Source: an uncultured Gemmatimonadales bacterium (GTDB taxonomy: Bacteria > Gemmatimonadota > Gemmatimonadetes > Longimicrobiales > RSA9). From it: 64,000 nt of DNA. Below, in pieces: positions 19,200-27,801 of the stretch. The stretch covers positions 128,001-192,000 of the forward strand of contig CAWAMW010000016.1 of assembly GCA_963783305.1 (NCBI GenBank), read 5' to 3'. Both the position numbers and the translations under genes were made by a program. Below the pieces are notes generated by a model. That model worked only from the letters and a program-made list of their open reading frames with translations, made no database searches and was not told where the DNA came from. Numbering within the stretch: the stretch's first letter is position 1; every line of letters starts with the position of its first letter.

Positions 19200-19571
19200 G
19201 TGAAGTGCGTTTTGATCGTGGAGGACAGCTCGGCGGGGCGTGACATTTACGCGGCCGCGCTGGAGGCGGAGGGCTACCGCGTCACACAGGCGGCCGACGG
19301 CGCGGAAGGAGTGCGCGTCGCCACCGACGACCCGCCGGACCTGGTCATCATGAACCTCTCCATCCCGCTGGTAAACGGGACGGATGCCATCGAGATCCTG
19401 AAGGCGCATCCGGCCACGGAGTCTGTTCCCGTCCTGGTGGTGAGTGGCCACACGCACCCGGACATGCGAGAGCGGGCATGGGAAGCCGGCTGCGACGACT
19501 TCTTCACCAAGCCGTTCCGGCCGAGCGACCTGATCGTGGCCGTGGCGGAGTGCATCGGTCCGCCGGAGTAG
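19200..19571 (+). CDS. Stand-alone receiver-domain protein, atypical (phosphoacceptor Asp replaced by Asn)
   Basis: VLIVED...PPDLVIMNLSIP...VVSG...GCDDFFTKPF; GTG start at 19200. Confidence 0.85.
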   Translation: MKCVLIVEDSSAGRDIYAAALEAEGYRVTQAADGAEGVRVATDDPPDLVIMNLSIPLVNGTDAIEILKAHPATESVPVLVVSGHTHPDMRERAWEAGCDDFFTKPFRPSDLIVAVAECIGPPE

Positions 19572-19575
19572 GCCG

Positions 19576-19764
19576 GTGCCATTGCCGTCATGCCGTCTGT
19601 GCGGGCATACCGATTCTGCCCGCATGATTGCACTCATGACCCTCTGGTTCGGCCGCTACGTCGGCATCGAGCCGGACCACGGATACTTCTATCTCTGTCC
19701 GGAGTGCTTCCAGGCGCAGGTCGAGCCGCACCTCGAGGAAGACGAGGTGCGGGAGGAGGAGTAG
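19576..19764 (+). CDS. Small Zn-finger-like protein (CxxC...CxxC) with an acidic tail
   Basis: CRLC...YLCPECF; starts 4 nt after the receiver gene. Confidence 0.6.
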   Translation: MPLPSCRLCGHTDSARMIALMTLWFGRYVGIEPDHGYFYLCPECFQAQVEPHLEEDEVREEE

Positions 19765-19804
19765 CGGGACGGCCTGCGGCCAGTGGGGCTCAGCCAGCGC
19801 CTCG

Positions 19805-21070
19805 CTACTTCTTCTGGCGGATCTCTCGTACGGCGTCGACGAGGCGGTCGACCTCCTGATCGGTGGTGTAGGCGGCACAGCCGGCACGGAGGATCCCCTG
19901 TGGGGCCTGACCCAGGCGCTCGATGACCGTGCTCGCGTAGAAATCGCCATGGGTGACGAAGAGGCCGCGGCGACCGAGGCGAGTGGCGGCGTCCTCAGAG
20001 GTGATGCCATCGATGATGAATCCGAGGGTGGGGGTCCTCGGCTGACCTGGGGGCGGGCCGAAGGTCGTGACGCCATCGATGTTGTTCATGCCCTCCCAGA
20101 GGCGGGCGAAGAGGGCACTCCCGACGTGGTGGAGGGAATCGTACGCGGAGCGGAGGCGCGCACGGCGGTCATCGGCGGTGACGGCGGGCCCCCCGATGGA
20201 GGCGAGGAACTCGACGGCGGCCGTGATGCCGGCGATGGCCTCGAAGCTGGCGGTGCCGGTCTCCAGACGACCGGGCGCGTCGTCGGGGGCGGCCTCGACC
20301 TTCGGCAGCTCCAGCGCCTCGATCCGTTCCTTCCGGCCCCAGATCACCCCGGAGTGGGGGCCGTAGAACTTGTAGGGTGACACGGCGAGGAAATCGGCGC
20401 CGAGGGCCTGTACGTCCACCAGCTCGTGGGGCGCGTAGTGGACGGCATCGATGAATACAGTGGCGCCGGCCTCGTGGGCGAGTTCACCGGCGAGGGCGAC
20501 ATTGGTGATGGTGCCGAGGGCGTTGGACGCGGCGCCAATGGCGAGGATGCGGGCATCGGCGACGGCGTCGGCCAGGTCGTCCATATCGAGGCGGCCGGTG
20601 GCCGGGTCCATCTTCACCACGCGGATCTCGGCACCGCGCTCGCGGCCGAGGGCCTTCCAGGGGTCGACGTTGGCGTGGTGGTCGAGCTCGGTGACGACCA
20701 CGCGGTCGCCGGGCTCCAGGGTGCGCCCGAGGGCCCGGGAGAGGCGCATGGTCAGCGTGGTCATGCTGGCGCCGAAGGCCACCTCGTCGGTGCTCGCGCC
20801 CAGGAAGTCGGCCATGGCGGCGCGACCGTCGTCCACGATGGCGGCGCTCTCCAGGCTCGTGGGATAGCTCCAGCCGGAGTTGCCGTTGTGGTGCAGCAGG
20901 TAGTCGCGGACCGCGTCGGCCACGGATTCCGGCACCTGCGTGCCGCCGGGGCCGTCGAAATAAGCCACGGGCACCCCGTCCATCTCCCGGAGCAGGGCGG
21001 GGAAGTGAGCGCGGATCGTGGCGGTGGGTTCTGCGGCGGCCGCAACGTCTGCGTCGGGTCGGGCTGTCAT
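19805..21070 (-). CDS. Cysteine desulfurase-like class-V aminotransferase (VC1184-type)
   Basis: YFDGPGGTQVP, LDHHANVDPW, ASNALGT, IDAVHYAPH, PLP lysine in SPYKFYGPH, RLETGT, GDFYA. Confidence 0.9.
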   Translation of the reverse strand: MTARPDADVAAAAEPTATIRAHFPALLREMDGVPVAYFDGPGGTQVPESVADAVRDYLLHHNGNSGWSYPTSLESAAIVDDGRAAMADFLGASTDEVAFGASMTTLTMRLSRALGRTLEPGDRVVVTELDHHANVDPWKALGRERGAEIRVVKMDPATGRLDMDDLADAVADARILAIGAASNALGTITNVALAGELAHEAGATVFIDAVHYAPHELVDVQALGADFLAVSPYKFYGPHSGVIWGRKERIEALELPKVEAAPDDAPGRLETGTASFEAIAGITAAVEFLASIGGPAVTADDRRARLRSAYDSLHHVGSALFARLWEGMNNIDGVTTFGPPPGQPRTPTLGFIIDGITSEDAATRLGRRGLFVTHGDFYASTVIERLGQAPQGILRAGCAAYTTDQEVDRLVDAVREIRQKK

Positions 21071-21180
21071 GGTGTGTCCCTTCGGTGGTAGTCGGTCCGT
21101 CCGGGCTCAGAATACGCCGGCGGACGCGCTCGTGAAAGGCGGATCGACGCGGACGGCGGAAAAACGTGGAAAACGCGGAC

Positions 21181-21440
21181 GGTGCACCGATCGCCGGTTT
21201 CCCTGGTTACGGCTCGATCGCCGCAGTTGCGGGCCGCGGTCCGGGGCGCAGCGGTTCCGCCAGTCCCGAAGAAACGCGGACGTTGTTCTCTCGGAACACA
21301 TCTCCGAAGTCGAGCCCCCCGTGCGCAGCCGTACAGCCTGACCAGCCCCTCGCGATTTGCGCTACCCGCGACCTCGCGCTGCGATCATTCAACGGGACGT
21401 CGGAATGCGTGAGCCGGCCAAAACCGGCGACCGGTGCACC
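21181..21440 (-). ncRNA. Candidate structured ncRNA (~260 nt), family unassigned
   Basis: 20-bp closing helix 21181-21200/21421-21440 (1 mismatch), nested helices, and two cUUCGg motifs on the minus strand; strand assignment is inferred. Confidence 0.55.
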
Positions 21441-21581
21441 TTCCGGGGTCTGGTCCGGGGTCTGCGCGCTGTGTCCTCCTGGCCCGTGAATCTATGGGCG
21501 CGGCTGGCCGTACGGCTGGCTGGGAGCGTCGACAACTCGTACCGTCGGACCAGAGCCACCACCACACGGAAAGCGCAGGCG

Positions 21582-22481
21582 ATGAAGCCAATGGACCTCC
21601 GGATCCAGAATGTGTCGAAGACCTATCCCGGCGGCGTGCGAGCGCTGCACGGCGTCACGCTGACGATCCCGACGGGGATGTTCGGACTGCTGGGTCCGAA
21701 CGGCGCGGGGAAGTCGACGCTGATGCGGACGATCGCCACGCTGCAGGCGCCGGACACGGGCTCGATCGAGCTGGGTACGCTGGACGTGCTGCGGCGGCCG
21801 GACGAGGTGCGCCGGGCACTCGGGTACCTGCCGCAGGATTTCGGTGTCTACCCGAAGGTGAGCGCGGTGGAGATGCTGGACCACCTGGCGGTGCTGAAGG
21901 GGCTGACGTCGAAGGGGGAGCGGAAGGAAGCGGTGGAGGCGCTGCTTCACCAGACCAACCTGTGGGAGGCGCGGAAGCGGAAGCTGGGCGGGTTCAGCGG
22001 CGGGATGCGTCAGCGGTTCGGCATCGCGCAGGCGCTGATCGGGAGCCCGAAGCTGGTGATCGTGGACGAGCCCACGGCGGGGCTGGACCCGGCGGAGCGG
22101 ATGCGGTTCCTGAACCTGCTGGCGGAGATCGGCGAGAGCGTGGTGGTGATTCTCTCGACGCACATCGTGGAAGATGTCAGCGACCTGTGCCGTCGGATGG
22201 CGATCCTGGACCAGGGGCGACTGCGGTTCGAGGGGGAGCCGAGGAGCGCGATCGCGCGGCTGGAGGGAACGGTGTGGCAGCGGACGATCGACCGTGACCA
22301 GCTGCCGCGGGAGCAGGCGGAGCGGCGGGTGATCTCGACGCACCTGTCGGAGGGGCGGACGGTGGTGCACGTGCAGGCGGAGGACCGGCCCGGGCCGGAG
22401 TACGAGCCGGTTCAGCCGGACCTCAAGGACGTGTACTTCACCACGCTGGGCGACGCGGATCCCGCGGCCGAGGCGGCGTAG
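21582..22481 (+). CDS. ABC transporter ATP-binding protein
   Basis: Walker A GPNGAGKS, signature FSGGMRQR, Walker B IVDEPTAGLD, STH. Confidence 0.95.
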   Translation: MKPMDLRIQNVSKTYPGGVRALHGVTLTIPTGMFGLLGPNGAGKSTLMRTIATLQAPDTGSIELGTLDVLRRPDEVRRALGYLPQDFGVYPKVSAVEMLDHLAVLKGLTSKGERKEAVEALLHQTNLWEARKRKLGGFSGGMRQRFGIAQALIGSPKLVIVDEPTAGLDPAERMRFLNLLAEIGESVVVILSTHIVEDVSDLCRRMAILDQGRLRFEGEPRSAIARLEGTVWQRTIDRDQLPREQAERRVISTHLSEGRTVVHVQAEDRPGPEYEPVQPDLKDVYFTTLGDADPAAEAA

Positions 22482-22483
22482 CC

Positions 22484-25400
22484 ATGCTCCGCTCCATCTT
22501 CGGCTTCGAGGTACGGTATCAGCTGAAATCGCCGGTCTTCTGGTTGAGCGCGGCCATCTTCTTCCTGCTGGCGTTCGGCGCCGCTACCACGGACAGCATC
22601 CGGATCGGCGGGGCCCTCGGCAACGTGGACCGTAACTCGCCGTACGTGATCATGCAGTTCGGGCTCATCATGACGTTGATCGCCGGGCTGGTGGTGGTGC
22701 CTGCGTTCGTGGCGGGGGCCGTGCTGCGTGACCACGAGCACGGCACGTCCGGAATGCTCTTCACCACGCCCGTCCGCAAGCGGGATTATCTCGTGGGGCG
22801 GTTCGCCGGTGCGTTCGTGGTGTCGGCGGGCATCATGGTGGCGGTCCTGCTCGCGGTCCTGATCGGGTCGCTCATGCCGTGGCTGGACGCCGAGCGTGTG
22901 GGGCCCTTCCGGGCGGTGCCCTACGTCTACACGTTCCTCGTGCTGACGCTGCCGAACCTCTTCCTCATGGGCGCCATCGCCTTCGGCGCGGCCACGCTCA
23001 CGCGATCGATGATGGGGAGCTACCTGGGGATGGTGGCGCTGCTCATCGGGTACATCATCGCCGGGACCCTGCTGGGCGACCTGGAGAACGAGCAGCTCGC
23101 CGTCCTGCTGGACCCGATGGGGTTCGGCGCTTTCGCCGTAGCGACGCAGTACTGGACCACGTTCGAGCGGAACACGCAGGTGCTCGGCTTCGACCGCAAC
23201 CTGCTGCTGAACCGCGCGCTCTGGACCGCGGTGGGAGCCGCGCTGCTGGGGCTGACCTACGCGCGCTACCATCTCACGACCGAGGCGAAGCCGATGCGGG
23301 GGCCCCGCTGGCTGCGCCGGCGTGCTCGCCGGGCGGCGCCGGAGGACGAGCCGTCGGTGCCGCAGACGCGCGGGCTGGGCAGCCGACCCCTGCCGGCGCC
23401 CGGCTTCGGGCCCGGCGCCGGGCGCCACCAGCTGCTGCGCCAGACGGGGTTCGAGGTGCGGGGCGTGGTCCGGTCGCCGGCGTTCATCGTGATCCTCGTC
23501 CTCGCGGTCCTGAACGTGGTGGGCAGCTCCATCGGGCTGGAGGCGTTCGCGGGCACGCCCGTCCACCCGGTCACGCACCTGATGATCCAGGTGATACAGG
23601 GGGCCTTCCTCCTGTTCGCGTGGATCATTCTGACGTTCTATGCCGGTGAGCTCGTGTTCCGGGACCGGGAGAAGGACGTGGCGGGGATCCACGACGCGCT
23701 GCCGGTCCCCAACTGGGTGTTCTGGGGGGGGAAGATGGCGGCGCTGTCGGTCGTCATCCTGGGCGTGCTGCTGGTGGCGGTCCTGACGACCGTCGTCATC
23801 CAGCTGTTCTATGGCTTCACCGACATCGAGCCGGGGCTCTACGCGCTGGGCGTAGGCGTCCTGTTCGGCTGGCCGCTCCTGCTGATCGCGGTGCTGGCGC
23901 TCGCGGCCCAGGTGATCACGAACCAGAAGTACGTGGGGTTCCTGGTCATGCTGCTCTTCTTCATAAGCAGCCCGGTGCTCGCGGCCATGGGGTGGACCCA
24001 CAACCTATACCAGTATGCCGCCTCGCCGTACGCGCCCTATTCCGACATGAACGGGTACGGCCACTTCCTCGAGCCCACCTTCTGGTTCCTCGCGTACTGG
24101 ACCATGGCGGCGGTGATGCTCCTGGTCCTGACGGAGCTCTTCTGGGTGAGGGGTGGCGACCGCTCCCTCGCGGTCCGGCTCCGGCTCGCCCGGCTCCGGC
24201 TCCGACCCGGCACCGCTTCCGTCCTGGTGGTGGCGAGCCTCGCCTTCATCGGGATCGGCGCCTGGATCTTCTACAACACCAACGTGCTGAACGAGTACAT
24301 CACGCCCGAGGAGAGCCGTGACCGGCAGGCGGCGTACGAGAAGGAGTACGGGCGGTACGAGGGGATCCCGCAGCCGCGAATCACGTCCGTGTACAGCGAG
24401 GTGGATATCTTCCCGGAGGAGCGGGCGGTGGACATCCGCGGGATCTACAACATCGCCAACAGGACGGACGTGGCCATCGACTCGGTGCACATCAGCGTCC
24501 CGACGGTGCTGGACGTGACGGAGCTGCGGGTGCGGGGCGGGCGCGCGGTGATGGTGGACTCGGTCCTGGGATACCGGATCTACGCGCTGGACGAGCCACT
24601 TGAGCCGGGGCAGACGAGTGCGGTCAGCTTCGAGCTGGCCGTGCGGAACCCCGGGTTCGTGAACAGCGGGTCGAACACGGACGTGGTGGAGAACGGCACG
24701 TTCATCAACAGCTTCACCTACTTCCCGTACGTCGGGTACTCCACGGCCGCCGAGCTGACGGACCCGAACGAGCGCCGGAAGCGGGATCTGCCGCCGCCGG
24801 AGCGGATGGCGGCGCAATCGGACAGCGCCAACCTGAACCGCACCTACATCTCCGGCCAGGGCGACTGGGTGGTGTTCCACACCGTGGTAAGCACGAGCGC
24901 AGACCAGATCGCGCTCGCGCCGGGGTACCTGGAGCGCGAGTGGACCGAGAAGGGCCGCCGGTACTTCGAGTACGCCATGGACGCGCCGATCCTGCCCTTC
25001 TGGTCATACCTGTCGGCCGACTGGGCGGTCAGGACCGACCGGTGGAACGACCAGGTCGACATCGCCGTGTACTACCACCCGGACCACGAGTACAACGTGG
25101 ATCGCATGATCGAGGCGTCGAAGAAGTCGCTCGACTACTTCACCCGGGAGTTCGGGCCCTATCAGCACCGGCAGCTCCGGATCGTGGAGTTCCCGCGCTA
25201 CGCCCGGTTCGCCCAGAGCTTTCCGAACACGATCCCGTTCAGCGAGTCCATCGGCTTCATCGCGCGGCTCGGCGATCCCGACGACATCGACTATGTGTTC
25301 TACGTGACCGCCCACGAGATCGCGCACCAGTGGTGGGCGCATCAGGCCATCGGCGCCAACGTGCAGGGCGCCACCGTGCTGAGTGAGACGCTGGCGCAGT

Positions 25401-26098
25401 ACTCGGCGCTCATGGTCATGGAGGAGGAGTACGGCCCGGAGCACATGCGGCGATTCCTCAAGTACGAGCTCGACCAGTACCTCCAGGGCCGGGGGGGCGA
25501 GCGGATCGAGGAGCTGCCGCTGCGACTCGTGGAGAACCAGGGCTACATCCACTACCGCAAGGGCAGTCTGGCCATGTACGCGCTCCGCGATTACGTGGGC
25601 GAGTCGGCGCTGAACCAGCGGATCCGCGCGTTCCTGGACGCCGTGAAGTACCAGCAGCCGCCGTATACCACGTCCACGGAGCTGCTCGAGTACCTGGCTC
25701 CCGCCGTACCACCCGAGTACCAGGGCCTCCTCGAAGACCTGTTCGAGACCATCACGATCTGGGACCTGCGGGCGCGGGAGGTGACGGCGGAAGAGATGGA
25801 GGACGGCCGCTGGACGGTCACGCTGTCCGTGGCCGCCGCCAAGGCCCGGGCCACGGGCCAGGGCGAGGAGATCGACGTTCCACTCGACCAGTGGATCGAC
25901 ATCGGTGTGTTCGCCGAGAAGGCCGAGGGGTCACCGCCGGAAGGCGAGCTGATCTACCTGGAGAAGCGGCGGATCACCAGTGCCACCGACACCGTCCAGG
26001 TGGTCGTCGACCGGCGGCCCGTCCGCGCCGGGATCGACCCGTTCAACAAGCTCATCGACCGCGACCCTGGGGACAACATCGGCCGGATCGGGAACTGA
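22484..26098 (+). CDS. ABC-2 permease fused to an M1 family aminopeptidase
   Basis: Two multi-TM permease repeats, then FAQSFP, TAHEIAHQWW...LSETLAQY (HEXXH-X18-E) and YIHYRKG. Confidence 0.9.
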   Translation: MLRSIFGFEVRYQLKSPVFWLSAAIFFLLAFGAATTDSIRIGGALGNVDRNSPYVIMQFGLIMTLIAGLVVVPAFVAGAVLRDHEHGTSGMLFTTPVRKRDYLVGRFAGAFVVSAGIMVAVLLAVLIGSLMPWLDAERVGPFRAVPYVYTFLVLTLPNLFLMGAIAFGAATLTRSMMGSYLGMVALLIGYIIAGTLLGDLENEQLAVLLDPMGFGAFAVATQYWTTFERNTQVLGFDRNLLLNRALWTAVGAALLGLTYARYHLTTEAKPMRGPRWLRRRARRAAPEDEPSVPQTRGLGSRPLPAPGFGPGAGRHQLLRQTGFEVRGVVRSPAFIVILVLAVLNVVGSSIGLEAFAGTPVHPVTHLMIQVIQGAFLLFAWIILTFYAGELVFRDREKDVAGIHDALPVPNWVFWGGKMAALSVVILGVLLVAVLTTVVIQLFYGFTDIEPGLYALGVGVLFGWPLLLIAVLALAAQVITNQKYVGFLVMLLFFISSPVLAAMGWTHNLYQYAASPYAPYSDMNGYGHFLEPTFWFLAYWTMAAVMLLVLTELFWVRGGDRSLAVRLRLARLRLRPGTASVLVVASLAFIGIGAWIFYNTNVLNEYITPEESRDRQAAYEKEYGRYEGIPQPRITSVYSEVDIFPEERAVDIRGIYNIANRTDVAIDSVHISVPTVLDVTELRVRGGRAVMVDSVLGYRIYALDEPLEPGQTSAVSFELAVRNPGFVNSGSNTDVVENGTFINSFTYFPYVGYSTAAELTDPNERRKRDLPPPERMAAQSDSANLNRTYISGQGDWVVFHTVVSTSADQIALAPGYLEREWTEKGRRYFEYAMDAPILPFWSYLSADWAVRTDRWNDQVDIAVYYHPDHEYNVDRMIEASKKSLDYFTREFGPYQHRQLRIVEFPRYARFAQSFPNTIPFSESIGFIARLGDPDDIDYVFYVTAHEIAHQWWAHQAIGANVQGATVLSETLAQYSALMVMEEEYGPEHMRRFLKYELDQYLQGRGGERIEELPLRLVENQGYIHYRKGSLAMYALRDYVGESALNQRIRAFLDAVKYQQPPYTTSTELLEYLAPAVPPEYQGLLEDLFETITIWDLRAREVTAEEMEDGRWTVTLSVAAAKARATGQGEEIDVPLDQWIDIGVFAEKAEGSPPEGELIYLEKRRITSATDTVQVVVDRRPVRAGIDPFNKLIDRDPGDNIGRIGN

Positions 26099-26106
26099 CG
26101 TTCGTC

Positions 26107-26799
26107 CTAGCTGGACATGGTGGCGGCGGTCGCGGCGGTGGTGGCGGCGATGATGGCGGCGTGCATGGCGTCGATGGCGGCTTTGGTGGCGCCGGCCACG
26201 GGGTCGCCGCGGCCGAGGGCCTCGAGGCGGTCCTTGCGCGCCTTCAGCTCCTTCTTGTCGAGGACGGGGCGGAGCAGGCCGGCGCGCCAGGCCAGGGCGG
26301 CGAGGATGGCGGTGCGGGGGTCGAGGTCGTCGTCATCGGAGAGGATGGCGTGGCGAAGCGACGCGACGAGGTCGCGCTCGGGTGCCGGGTCCAACTCGGG
26401 GTAGATCTTCCTGCGGAATAGGAGCAGAACGCGGTCCTCGCCGGTGCGAAGCACGCCCTTCCGAGCGAGCTGCACCGCGACCTGGTGCTTCAGACCCGTG
26501 CCGGCGAACTTCGCGACCCAGGTGGAGAGGGGCGCCCTGCGCTTTGCGTTCCGGATCTTCTCCAGCGCGTCATCGATGACGCGGTCTCCCGTCTGGGTGG
26601 CGCTCGCCAGGGTGAGCAGCGGCTGGCCACGTTTCCGCTCCTCCAATCGGACGCGCTCGTCCAGGAGGAGCTCGGCCAGGATCCCTCCTGCGATGGCGTA
26701 GCTGTACATGGAGCCGGAATGGACCACGCCGCGGTCGTCATCGAGGGCGAGGAGAAGCGCGCGCTCGTGGAGCCGGAGGTCCTGGAGTCGCGTGGCCAT
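26107..26799 (-). CDS. GOLPH3/VPS74 (GPP34) family protein
   Basis: LHERALLLALDDDRG, AGGILAELLLDERV, TGDRVIDDAL, LFRRKIYP, DPRTAILAAL; Ala-rich C-terminus. Confidence 0.85.
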   Translation of the reverse strand: MATRLQDLRLHERALLLALDDDRGVVHSGSMYSYAIAGGILAELLLDERVRLEERKRGQPLLTLASATQTGDRVIDDALEKIRNAKRRAPLSTWVAKFAGTGLKHQVAVQLARKGVLRTGEDRVLLLFRRKIYPELDPAPERDLVASLRHAILSDDDDLDPRTAILAALAWRAGLLRPVLDKKELKARKDRLEALGRGDPVAGATKAAIDAMHAAIIAATTAATAATMSS

Positions 26800-26803
26800 C
26801 TCG

Positions 26804-27715
26804 TCAGCCGTCCTGGCGCCACTCTCGGGCGAGGGCTTCGCTCTCCGTCCATGCCGAGTACCAGAGGGAGCGGAGCGCCTGGGCCCCGGCGGCGAGCCGC
26901 TCGATGGCGAACTGCTCGGTGGCGGGGGCGGCGGGACTGTCCGGATCGAAGCCGGGCCCCTGTTCGAGCTCATACAGTCGGACGACCTGGTCGTTGGAGT
27001 CTCGGATCAGGGCCAGGATGGCGGAGCGCGCGTCCGCGTTGGGCGCGACGCCGGGCGTGACCTCGCGCCGCACCTCGTCCATGGTGACGTGGGCCTCGAG
27101 GAACCGGCTTTCGAAGCGCCAGTGGAAGTCGCGGCTGGTGGTGAAGCCCCGGGGGTTCGGCGCGTCGCGGGACCACCCGTTGAAGTGGATGGTGCTGTGG
27201 TGCGGGTTGGCGGCGTCGGCGACGTAGTGCCCGAGGACGCCGGCGTCGTTGATGATCCGCTCCTCGATCCACGCCCGCTCCTGCGCACTTTCGGCGACTC
27301 GCCAGCGGGCGAAGCCGGTGGTCAGGCGCTGGTGGAGCTCGATGACCCGGTACGGCAGGAACCCCACCGCCTGCTCGGGCCGCTGGATGCCGGCCTCGTA
27401 GAGCGCGGCGATGAACCGGTATCGGTCGGGCGCGTCGAGCGCGTCGCCGGGGACGTTCTCCAGGTCGATGTAGTGGTCGTACTTGAAGGCCTCGTCCATG
27501 GCGCTCAGGTCGCTCTCGCGCCAGCGGTCCGGCTCGGGGTTCAGGTAGGTCAGCTGGTCCGCCGCGCTCGTGAAGAACGACGGCATGGACGAGGGGAGCC
27601 CCTCCGCTGCAATGCGACCGATGATCCCGTGTCCTTCCGCGCCCCAGGCGGCGGCCGTTCCGGCGACCGCGAGAGTGAGGAGCCCCGCCGTGATCATGCT
27701 TCGTCCGTGCTTCAT
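26804..27715 (-). CDS. S1/P1 nuclease family secreted Zn nuclease
   Basis: Signal peptide followed by WGAEGH; PDRW, HYIDLE, LGHYVADAANPHH, FHWRFES. Confidence 0.85.
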   Translation of the reverse strand: MKHGRSMITAGLLTLAVAGTAAAWGAEGHGIIGRIAAEGLPSSMPSFFTSAADQLTYLNPEPDRWRESDLSAMDEAFKYDHYIDLENVPGDALDAPDRYRFIAALYEAGIQRPEQAVGFLPYRVIELHQRLTTGFARWRVAESAQERAWIEERIINDAGVLGHYVADAANPHHSTIHFNGWSRDAPNPRGFTTSRDFHWRFESRFLEAHVTMDEVRREVTPGVAPNADARSAILALIRDSNDQVVRLYELEQGPGFDPDSPAAPATEQFAIERLAAGAQALRSLWYSAWTESEALAREWRQDG

Positions 27716-27801
27716 CTCTATCCGTCCGTGGGTCGGTTTCGCTTCGGGTTGCGCCGATGGAATGTGACGGGGGGTGGAGCCGCAGTCCAGAGCGGGGGTC
27801 G

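Noticed and set aside
21181..21440. tRNA, tmRNA, SRP RNA, RNase P or cobalamin riboswitch identity
   Set aside because: I found no diagnostic consensus motifs by eye on either strand, so it is left unassigned pending an Rfam search.
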